Source of the DNA: a virus
Length of the DNA: 64,000 bases
Strand: one strand, 5' to 3'
IMG/VR virus record: IMGVR_UViG_3300037336_000053
Coordinates: 1 to 64,000 of that record
In this document: positions 37,907 through 45,834 of the stretch, one piece after another
Numbering within the stretch: position 1 is the first letter of the stretch
How the letters are laid out: the number at the start of each line of letters is the position of its first letter
The notes under the pieces: generated by a model
What the model was told of the DNA's origin: nothing
The model's input: the letters and a program-made list of their open reading frames with translations, nothing else
The model's database searches: none
Program-made: the position numbers and the translations under genes

Positions 37907-37935
37907 ATTATACGCTCACTTTAACACTTTGTCAA
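37907..37935 (-). promoter_or_regulatory. Perfect consensus sigma70 promoter
   Basis: TTGACA-17 nt-TATAAT. Confidence 0.75.
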
Positions 37936-38437
37936 GGCCATATTCGCGCCAGTCAGTAAATTTATCACGGTCCATCAAATTATGCAGGTTATGGCACCAA
38001 ACGCCCGGATTAGTTGCACGAAACCCTTTGTCGTCAATCTTGACCATTGTGTTGTAGTTCCATTGTTTAACGTAAGGAACAACTACACGAAGCTGCGGAA
38101 TAAAATAATTGTTCTCAATCAGCCCGCCGTCCATAAACCATTCTAAGTTAATAGTGCTCGGAATATCTAGACTACAAAAGATACCTTCATCTAAAAACAG
38201 TTGAATTAATTTATCCCATGCTTCAAAGTCTTCCGCCGCAACAGGATTGTAACTGTGATTAGCACCAAAAAAGATATGCTCGCATTGTTCTTCTTTGTAG
38301 TACTTCATAACTTCATTGTAGTCTTGAATACCAGTAACAAACAATGTCTTCATTCCAAATGCAGGAGTCTTTTCAACTTCTACACCTGTAAAGAATGTAA
38401 TACTGTCTGCTGTGCCTGTGTCGTAATCACGTTTCAT
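37916..38437 (-). CDS. Hypothetical protein in the deazaguanine cluster
   Basis: FFTGVEVEKTPAFGMKTLFV, HIFFGANHSY, KIDDKGF.ATNPGVWCH. Confidence 0.75.
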   Translation of the reverse strand: MKRDYDTGTADSITFFTGVEVEKTPAFGMKTLFVTGIQDYNEVMKYYKEEQCEHIFFGANHSYNPVAAEDFEAWDKLIQLFLDEGIFCSLDIPSTINLEWFMDGGLIENNYFIPQLRVVVPYVKQWNYNTMVKIDDKGFRATNPGVWCHNLHNLMDRDKFTDWREYGLDKVLK

Positions 38438-38438
38438 A

Positions 38439-39029
38439 TTACGCTCTGAACTCAAAAAGTCGGTTGCTTGTATTAGTTGAAAGTTTTTTTATATGTTTCA
38501 TTGCTCCTTCGGTAATACGATATTGGTATTGTCCACTGGTTTGCCTCTCAAAATAGCCCAAATGATTGTTGTAACGAATGTATTTAGGCATATTCTTTGG
38601 ATTGCTAGATTTAAGCATAGATTGTCCGTACTCCCATGCTTCTTTAAGTTTAGATTGTATTTCGTTACATGTAAAATCATAAACTTTTGCTTCAGTAACT
38701 ACGTTGTCACCAGTAAGTATATTTTCATCATATTCAACACGGTATTGCCGTTGAATCTTATTTCTAATATTACTATATTCCCAAGAAGTATTTATAATAT
38801 CTACAGGTAGCATAGCACCTACTGTATGACCGCTTGTGCTACTTCTCAAACGGCTTTTAATTTCTAGTCCATACTTGGGAAGATCTATACCTTTTCCTCG
38901 ATTAACTTTGTAACCTTTATCTTCAAGATCGTTTTCAATCCATCTTCCAATATTACCATTATACTGTTTCATTGGAATAACTGTTCCGGGTTTTATTGCA
39001 CTATTAAGTGATATTACTTTTATCATCAT
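38439..39029 (-). CDS. PD-(D/E)XK nuclease, MutH/Sau3AI-like
   Basis: GNIGRWIE..GIDLPKYGLEIKSR resembles the G.iG..iE..pD..gvElK core of MutH/Sau3AI-type endonucleases. Confidence 0.5.
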   Translation of the reverse strand: MMIKVISLNSAIKPGTVIPMKQYNGNIGRWIENDLEDKGYKVNRGKGIDLPKYGLEIKSRLRSSTSGHTVGAMLPVDIINTSWEYSNIRNKIQRQYRVEYDENILTGDNVVTEAKVYDFTCNEIQSKLKEAWEYGQSMLKSSNPKNMPKYIRYNNHLGYFERQTSGQYQYRITEGAMKHIKKLSTNTSNRLFEFRA

Positions 39030-39235
39030 TCTAAACCTTTTTGTATCAAATATGCATTAATACAATGCATCTCATCTTTAAGCCAAAGTTTCATAGTTTT
39101 CATTCTACGAATTTCGTCTTGTTTTGTAACATCAGTATAACTTGCTTCTATTTCGTTGTCAAGTTCTCTATGCCTAATTTTTAGTTCTTCGTAATGCTGC
39201 TTGAGTCTATCTTCGTCATTTTCATAATTGTCCAT
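39026..39235 (-). CDS. DUF465-like small coiled-coil protein
   Basis: LKIRHRELDNEI..RRMKTMKLWLKDE. Confidence 0.65.
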   Translation of the reverse strand: MDNYENDEDRLKQHYEELKIRHRELDNEIEASYTDVTKQDEIRRMKTMKLWLKDEMHCINAYLIQKGLE

Positions 39236-40781
39236 TTTCCAAGTCCTCTAACAAGTGTGTTTGATCTTCAGTAAAACAACCATCTTCTAGTTCTTCTACT
39301 TCTGGTTCAACAACATCAAACAATGCTCCAAAGTAAGTACTAGAGTTTACAGTCTTTTTACCAATGGCTCCGCGAGTGCCCGGAATTGACATCCAAAACT
39401 TAGAGTTATTGTCAATTAAGGCGTTTGCTTCTTCTCTTGTAGTTGCTGCAAATATTGTTTCAACAACGTCTCTAAAAAAGACCCTGTCAAATTGCTCTTG
39501 TACAAGCATTCTCGGTACAACTCCAGCATCGTATTGTCTATTGGCTTCTTGAACTGCATTGATGTGACTCCAAACATTATGACCCATTTGAATGGCATAT
39601 GAAAAACTATCCCAAGATGTTCTTCCTTCTTTGCCAATCTTATTTAAGTCGCCCGGCTTGTAAATGCATACATCACTGACTTTCATTTCTGCTGTAATAG
39701 GACTATCTTCAAAGTTTTTAAAGATGCCATCTTGCAATACTGCTTGTTTAAAAGTTCTAGTATCGATTGAATACTTCTTATCATCAATGCTAGGCACCAT
39801 TCGGTAAGTCCACTTACCTCTATCAGGAGTTTCATTTTGAACGTAGATCTGTCCATTAGCTGTTGCTAAGAACGGACTTGCACAGTCAAATGTAAGCATC
39901 ATAGTGGGGTTATAGTACTTGCGTATAGCCCGCTGTACGTCCGTAAGCAAACATGCCCACTCTAGCTTGCTTGTGCCTAGAAAGTGCATTACATCGTGTA
40001 TACCGCTTTGTAACAAGCCATCAAAGTGCATAGAAACAATGCGTTTAAGAACCAAGTGTACGTCACACATGTTTTGACCGCCCATCGACCACCCATTAAA
40101 GTGATTGTCCGGATACTTGGCTGGATCGCAATAGTCTTTCATTTGCTCGTACCAGTCATCTGCATCTGCATGATTCTCACCTTGTAGTACGTTTAAGAAC
40201 TTACAAGCACCAGTGCGGTGTTTCATCCAGTAGTCGTTATTAATACGTGTTGCTTTAACTGCTTCGTTGTATGTGCTAATGCCAGTAGCTTTTGCACCTT
40301 CAGGGCTACGAGCAACCCAAGCCGGGATATCAAGTACCATGCCATAGTCCATGTAAGCGTCCATCCAACGCAATACACCGTCTCGTTTCTTTTGAGCTTT
40401 AGGACAATTAGGATCTTTCCAATCACCTTCCCAAACACCCTTACCAATCTGGAATCCACCTGAATCGCCCAGCAACCAAGTGTTTTCACGGTCCCTATTA
40501 CGTACCATATCTTCTTTAGCTACAAACTTAGTCGTATCTAAATCAGCATGTCCTGCAGAGTAAAGCGTCCACTTGTATGTGAACGCTCCTTCTTGTGCGT
40601 TTAGATAGTTAAGACTTTCTATACCGTTAGCAAAATTAGCAGGGATACGGTCATCAGGAACATACGGACCTTTAACAGGATCAGGATGACGTTGTTTGCC
40701 TACATAAGTCGCATAGAAGCCACTAAGTGCAGGTAAGAAATGTGCGTAATCGTTTTGTGTCGCAGTTAAGTCTTTATTCAT
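39222..40781 (-). CDS. dpdA: tRNA-guanine transglycosylase-fold protein, probable DNA/deazaguanine transglycosylase (DpdA family)
   Basis: LGDSGGFQ, MVLDIP, NVLQG, GWSMGG, HFLGT, TFDCAS: TGT barrel motifs; lacks the tRNA-TGT Zn site; next to folE/queE. Start at ATG 40781. Confidence 0.7.
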   Translation of the reverse strand: MNKDLTATQNDYAHFLPALSGFYATYVGKQRHPDPVKGPYVPDDRIPANFANGIESLNYLNAQEGAFTYKWTLYSAGHADLDTTKFVAKEDMVRNRDRENTWLLGDSGGFQIGKGVWEGDWKDPNCPKAQKKRDGVLRWMDAYMDYGMVLDIPAWVARSPEGAKATGISTYNEAVKATRINNDYWMKHRTGACKFLNVLQGENHADADDWYEQMKDYCDPAKYPDNHFNGWSMGGQNMCDVHLVLKRIVSMHFDGLLQSGIHDVMHFLGTSKLEWACLLTDVQRAIRKYYNPTMMLTFDCASPFLATANGQIYVQNETPDRGKWTYRMVPSIDDKKYSIDTRTFKQAVLQDGIFKNFEDSPITAEMKVSDVCIYKPGDLNKIGKEGRTSWDSFSYAIQMGHNVWSHINAVQEANRQYDAGVVPRMLVQEQFDRVFFRDVVETIFAATTREEANALIDNNSKFWMSIPGTRGAIGKKTVNSSTYFGALFDVVEPEVEELEDGCFTEDQTHLLEDLENGQL

Positions 40782-40783
40782 TT

Positions 40784-41125
40784 TTAAACAATGTTCCTTA
40801 TTATTACTATGGAACTTATAGCAATCCATAGGGTATTGAATGCAACTAGCGTTGGCAATAGTTTTCTTTCGCTAGCCCAAATCAACATTACTGATGTTAG
40901 TAGTGTTACAAAATGTAACTGCCATATCTCTAAATTGAACACTAGACTCGGAATAATCACTAATGTTTTTGCTAACCAGGATACTGCTTCAACAATATTG
41001 TAACTTGACCAGTATCCTGGTTTAAACCAGTAACTGTAACATTCTTTAATATTTTTCCAACCTACACGGTGATAAGTTGTAAGCGTTATAGCTAAAAATG
41101 TTACAATTATTAAAAGTTCTAGCAT
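40784..41125 (-). CDS. Small membrane protein
   Basis: About four hydrophobic segments. Confidence 0.65.
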   Translation of the reverse strand: MLELLIIVTFLAITLTTYHRVGWKNIKECYSYWFKPGYWSSYNIVEAVSWLAKTLVIIPSLVFNLEIWQLHFVTLLTSVMLIWASERKLLPTLVAFNTLWIAISSIVIIRNIV

Positions 41126-41868
41126 TATTTGCTCTGCGCTGGAAGGATGTAGTTGTATTTTGCCATACCTGAATCAACACTAATCATCATAGCACCCTGA
41201 TCACTAATGCTCATAGTAGTAGTACCGCTTAGATTTAAAATACTTTGAACAGCGGCAACTGGCCAACTCCAAGTGTGCGACAGTTTACCTTTTATTGCAT
41301 TTTGAAATACAAACTCACCTGCGTGTGTGCTTGCATCGCCAAAGCTAAACACCAAGTCAGTTGCACTGCCTGTTGCAGTAGTCTTAACATTAAATGTAGG
41401 TTCCTCACTATGAGCAGCACTCTGTAACTTCATACGTCCAATTGCTGCTACGCTAGGCTGAAATTCAACTTGCCATGTTGCACCTTTAAATGTAACCGTC
41501 TTAAGTTTTTCGTCAATGATTGCTCGGTTCATAAAGCGATAATCATTTTCAAAGTCACCAGTTGAGTTTTCAAAGTGAATATGTGTAGGAATAGTTTCGC
41601 CATTGCGTACTGCTTTGACTACTTCAATCTTTGCATCTTTTTGATACTCGGGATTTTTTAAGTGTAGTGCAAGTTTGTCCAAATTGGGCATACCAAATAT
41701 ACCATCAAATTCTGTTACTGGTGTATGTGCCGTTGCAGTCATAATAACTGAACGATCATCTGCCATACTTTCAACGACTGTGCTAGTAGTATCAGCAGTT
41801 ACTTTAACTAATGATAAAGACCCTAGTGCGTGTGTATGTGCTACTACGTCTTGTAAAATATCTTTCAT
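41125..41868 (-). CDS. Probable sliding clamp (gp45-like)
   Basis: 247 aa, FGMPNLDKL, C-terminal ISVDSG..YNYILPA; lies near polB. Confidence 0.6.
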   Translation of the reverse strand: MKDILQDVVAHTHALGSLSLVKVTADTTSTVVESMADDRSVIMTATAHTPVTEFDGIFGMPNLDKLALHLKNPEYQKDAKIEVVKAVRNGETIPTHIHFENSTGDFENDYRFMNRAIIDEKLKTVTFKGATWQVEFQPSVAAIGRMKLQSAAHSEEPTFNVKTTATGSATDLVFSFGDASTHAGEFVFQNAIKGKLSHTWSWPVAAVQSILNLSGTTTMSISDQGAMMISVDSGMAKYNYILPAQSK

Positions 41869-42626
41869 GCGATTTCTCCTGTGTTAAGTTTTATTATAGT
41901 GCCTAATTCTTTGTTTGTCAAGAACTCTTTTATCATATATTTAGGTTTATATCCTAAGGCTTTCATTTTTTCTAAATTTGCACATGTAAATGTTCTTTCA
42001 TGTAGAGTATTTAGGCGGATAGGCAAGCCAGGAGCCAAGTCCTGAACTCTAATTGGATCACCTGAACCAATATCTATTATACCATTAACGTGCGTCTTTT
42101 TAATCAGTATTTCAATTGCATCGCAAATATCGTTAATGTGTACAAAATCTCTGTGGTGTTGAGTTACGTATTCTAATGTACCATTAAATAGTTTATCAAA
42201 GAACATGTTCTTTCTAGGTAAGTCGGAATACACAGTGTGGAATCGCATACCTAAAGTATCAGTATACCGTGTTGCTAATTTTTCCAGTATGTACTTAGAT
42301 GCCGCATAAGGGTTCAAATCGGGCTCGTACGCACTGCTTGAGCTTGCATACAATATGCGAGCGTTACTATAGCGTTCAAACAGTCTACGGCTTGCTTCTA
42401 CATTGTTTAACCAATAAGCACCCGGGTCATTTAGGCTTTCACGAACACCGCTTTTTCCTGCTAGATGTATTACAAGATCGACATGATTCGGAAAGTCACA
42501 AGTAAGCAAGTTGGTACCTGCTTGCAAGTCTATACAGTGTATAACTTCTACATCATTGTTATTTGTTAATCGTGCAAGTAATGCAGTACCTATAAAGCCC
42601 CTGTGACCCGTTAGCAAAATTTTCAT
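41865..42626 (-). CDS. NAD-dependent nucleotide-sugar epimerase/dehydratase
   Basis: TGHRGFIG (GxxGxxG), HLAG, YASSSS, YAASK (YxxxK). Confidence 0.9.
   Translation of the reverse strand: MKILLTGHRGFIGTALLARLTNNNDVEVIHCIDLQAGTNLLTCDFPNHVDLVIHLAGKSGVRESLNDPGAYWLNNVEASRRLFERYSNARILYASSSSAYEPDLNPYAASKYILEKLATRYTDTLGMRFHTVYSDLPRKNMFFDKLFNGTLEYVTQHHRDFVHINDICDAIEILIKKTHVNGIIDIGSGDPIRVQDLAPGLPIRLNTLHERTFTCANLEKMKALGYKPKYMIKEFLTNKELGTIIKLNTGEIA
41893..41921 (-). promoter_or_regulatory. Perfect consensus sigma70 promoter
   Basis: TTGACA-17 nt-TATAAT inside the 3' end of the epimerase gene, facing the clamp gene. Confidence 0.75.
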
Positions 42627-43336
42627 TTCGCTGCTACCTTTGCTTCTTGAAAATATTGTAACAGTTCAAATGTTTCTTGCCAGCGTTTTACAGGCTTTGC
42701 TACGTCTACTTCTAACGACAGCGGATAATCATTACCAGCAGGATCCATTCTATCACCAAAGAAGTAAAGTTTATCTTCAACTTCAAAGTCCTCAACAATT
42801 TGTGCTTTGTCCGCACCTAGTGGAGCAATATCAATACCAGTTTCGCCTCCTACCGTTGCTTGTAGTGTAGGAAATAATCCATTAAACTCTTGAGCAATAA
42901 TATTACGTTCGTCGAATAGAACATCATATATAACGTAATCTGCTCGTTGTTCTTTGTCAGCGCTACGTCCAACTATGCTAAAGTTAACAAGCCCAGGGCG
43001 ATGTTCGAAGTGTAATCCTGTACGAGTACAATAGGTACTTTCGGTTAGCTTATTAGATAACCATTCGTGTGCATCTTCGGGAAGTGTCCAATCATTAGTA
43101 TGAATATTCACACCTTTCTCCCAAACATCATTGCCGTTACAGTTATAAATCCTCATCACAGCATCACAAACATCAGGACCAACCTGTTCTAATGTTTTAG
43201 CATAGTCGCTACCTGTAACTAGATAAACTTCGTTTGCATAACAAAAGTCTATAAAGTATCCTTGAAACTCACTATTCATACCACTGCGACTTGGCGTTAA
43301 TGTTCCGTCAACATCAAATATAAACTTATTACCCAC
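42623..43336 (-). CDS. HAD-IIB phosphomannomutase (eukaryote-type PMM)
   Basis: FDVDGTLT, VTGSD, FSIVGR, GGETGIDI, FFGD. Confidence 0.8.
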   Translation of the reverse strand: MGNKFIFDVDGTLTPSRSGMNSEFQGYFIDFCYANEVYLVTGSDYAKTLEQVGPDVCDAVMRIYNCNGNDVWEKGVNIHTNDWTLPEDAHEWLSNKLTESTYCTRTGLHFEHRPGLVNFSIVGRSADKEQRADYVIYDVLFDERNIIAQEFNGLFPTLQATVGGETGIDIAPLGADKAQIVEDFEVEDKLYFFGDRMDPAGNDYPLSLEVDVAKPVKRWQETFELLQYFQEAKVAAK

Positions 43337-43739
43337 GATCAGCTACTCTCTTTCTTAAATCACTTGAACTAAAACGATGATCTCGTTTATTAAAGTATAA
43401 TTTAATATCTCTTTTACGGCAAATGTCTTTACCAGTAAAATCCTTATCTCTATACTCCTCTCCTAATATTCTAACATGAATATGATACATTGTCAAGATA
43501 TCTTCTAGGTCTTGTTCGGTGCCATAAGGAATAATTTCATTTACATATCCTACTGCTTTAAGTTGCGTATAGCGCTCGACAATAGTCTGTATAGGGGAAT
43601 TTTTATCTAGACGATCAACGCTAGGATCCACTTGTAATCCGCAGATCAAATAATCGCACTGTTCTTTTGCTTCACGTAACATTTGTACATGCCCGGCGTG
43701 AAGTAAATCAAAAGTTGATGCGGTGAAACCTACCTTCAT
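43329..43739 (-). CDS. Glycerol-3-phosphate cytidylyltransferase (TagD)-like
   Basis: TFDLLHAGH (HxGH), RDHRFSSSDLR. Confidence 0.85.
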   Translation of the reverse strand: MKVGFTASTFDLLHAGHVQMLREAKEQCDYLICGLQVDPSVDRLDKNSPIQTIVERYTQLKAVGYVNEIIPYGTEQDLEDILTMYHIHVRILGEEYRDKDFTGKDICRKRDIKLYFNKRDHRFSSSDLRKRVADRG

Positions 43740-43843
43740 TGCATCTGCTCCACTAGTCCTTTTAACATTTCGATTAGCTCTTCAATAGTATTTAGGTCCT
43801 GATCGCTCTCGGTATCAATTTCTATTTCTAATTTTATTTTCAT
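43736..43843 (-). CDS. 35-aa hypothetical protein (MKIKLEIEIDTESDQDLNTIEELIEMLKGLVEQMQ); not in the ORF track
   Basis: Fills the gap exactly, starts 2 nt after the polB stop and ends in an ATGA overlap. Confidence 0.6.
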   Translation of the reverse strand: MKIKLEIEIDTESDQDLNTIEELIEMLKGLVEQMQ

Positions 43844-43844
43844 T

Positions 43845-44837
43845 TTAGTCTCCAAAGTCAAACAAACTATTGAACGTGTTATGACTCTTAGTATCCTCTA
43901 ATGGATAGTTAAGCACACCGATCAAATTATCTAACTTATTATCAATAATTGTTTCTGCCATTGCTGCATCATCAAACGGAAGTTCTTTAAACCATTCAGG
44001 CATACGCAGCTCGTCTGTCGGATAAGCAACACTAGTGTACCCTAATGGATTCTGCTTGAGCTTACAAACAATAACTTTCATACCATCAACAATCTCCTGC
44101 GAGTATTTGTCACCATTCATACGCTTGAGTGTATTCCAGTTAATACTTGCCCTAACGTGTCCAGGCATATTAGCCTTGCCGGCTTTTTCTTCTAAGCGAC
44201 GATAATGTCCAACTTTGTTTGCACGTTTCGGACTACCTTTCTCCCAACCTGGCCGTTCACTAAATGCTAAACGAAATTGAGTAATACGTTCTAGCACATC
44301 AGTTTGCGGCTTATCTGTAAGTACCATAAGCAACAGCTCGCTTAAAAACTCTTGCATAAACACAGGAGTATCACTTCTACGTAAGTCTAAGCCCATGGCT
44401 TTTACTTTACCAGCTTTACCGTCTACGTCACTGCGGAAACCTTCTGTATCAATTACTAGAGCTGCATAACGCTTCTTAGTAATAAACAATCCGCTTTCTG
44501 CAACAATTTCACGACCTGCTGCAATAACAACACTTCGACTCTTTGGGCAATGGAATGATTTTGCCATCATATCTGGGAAGGTTATATTAGCTGCTTCTGA
44601 TACTTGATCGTAAAGTGTAATAACATTCTCTTTAGTCCAAGGAATATTGCCTGCCTTAATTTCATTTTGTAAAGTAGGCCAAGCACTAAAGTAGACCGAA
44701 TCTGTGTTATGAACCAAATGTCCATTTGCAAAGAAAAACGGATCGTCTTCGGCAATGCTTATATCATATACGTACTGGTCGCCTGTGTTTGGTATCTTTT
44801 CTACGCTTGCTACTCGTTGTCTTATTACTTCAGCCAT
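43845..44837 (-). CDS. polB: Family B DNA polymerase C-terminal fragment, preceded by a split-intein C-half
   Basis: After VHN comes TDSVYF, then KKRYAA, KAMGLDLRRSDTP and the thumb domain; AGGTG SD before ATG 44837. Confidence 0.9.
   Translation of the reverse strand: MAEVIRQRVASVEKIPNTGDQYVYDISIAEDDPFFFANGHLVHNTDSVYFSAWPTLQNEIKAGNIPWTKENVITLYDQVSEAANITFPDMMAKSFHCPKSRSVVIAAGREIVAESGLFITKKRYAALVIDTEGFRSDVDGKAGKVKAMGLDLRRSDTPVFMQEFLSELLLMVLTDKPQTDVLERITQFRLAFSERPGWEKGSPKRANKVGHYRRLEEKAGKANMPGHVRASINWNTLKRMNGDKYSQEIVDGMKVIVCKLKQNPLGYTSVAYPTDELRMPEWFKELPFDDAAMAETIIDNKLDNLIGVLNYPLEDTKSHNTFNSLFDFGD
44706..44837 (-). mobile_element. Split intein C-half (44 aa), Thr+1
   Basis: YVYDISI (block F), FFANGHLVHN/T (block G). 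Confidence 0.9.
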
Positions 44838-45769
44838 GTTATGCACCTTTGAATTATTGTTTTAGGATCAGCCAAATACTCTGACTCCCATATGATTAGT
44901 GTGTCTATGTTACGCTTATCTTTTAATGCTTGAATCTTCTTTGCATCTTTTTCCCATACGTGTCTTGCTAATAACTCAGATTGTGGATGATACCAGTTTT
45001 CAGCGTATTTGTTAGGATTGCAATGCCAGTAGTCGCCATTAAATTCTATTGCTTTGTCATTGTGTACAATGTCATAAAAGTTCGGCTTGTCATTTGCCCA
45101 AATGCAATATTGTTTCGTTTTGTAATAATAGCGCAATTCTTCTTCCAGTGCAGACATTATTTCATCAGCAAACTGCTTTTCTAAATTACTTGAATATTTT
45201 TCTGACTGTTTATAATTAGCAATTATATCTAGTGCTACTGCTTCATCACAGTTGTTTCTTTCCATTACTACATCTAGTGAGTGTGACTTTATTCTACACA
45301 CTTCATTGTACATGTCTGTACCAGTTGTAGTACCAAACTTTTCTATGAAATATTCCTTTGTGTTTGTGTATGCCTGTCTATCGCAATATGATTGCCATTT
45401 AATAGCACCTGTCACTTCACCGTGCCGTTCTATTAAGTTTTTTAATGTAACAGCTCTTGATTTATTATATTCATCAAAGTCGGCTTCGGTCCATCCATGT
45501 TTCTCTTGTTTGTATTGCAGCGTATTAGAATACGCTTGTTTTCTTTTATAATCATCCCATGCAGCTTGACCCTGCACTGTTCCGTATTTCTTTTGCATAT
45601 TAACCAGTGTGCAGGCTGTTGACTTAGCAAACTCATCGTCTACTAGTTTAGCATGGGGATATGCGATTTTGTATTCTTTACCGTTCTTAAACTTTCCAGT
45701 ACATTTATAAAAAAAATGTGTCCACTGTAATCTTTTTGCGACTGTGCCGCACTCTATACATTTTGGCAT
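44825..45769 (-). mobile_element. Free-standing Vsr/DUF559-like homing endonuclease between the polB halves
   Basis: IEFNGDYWH..IIWESE nuclease core, N-terminal C2 knuckle and repeated K(Y/H/F)G..G..W/Y motifs; own SD and TAAATA. Confidence 0.75.
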
Positions 45770-45834
45770 GACTATGGTGATACTCCTATCGTTGTATGCT
45801 TGCTATACTTATTTAACATCATAGTCAAAAAACC

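Noticed and set aside
39222-40781. Canonical tRNA-guanine transglycosylase (tgt)
   Set aside because: No CxCxxC...H zinc site, large insertions, and a context of DNA-modification genes.
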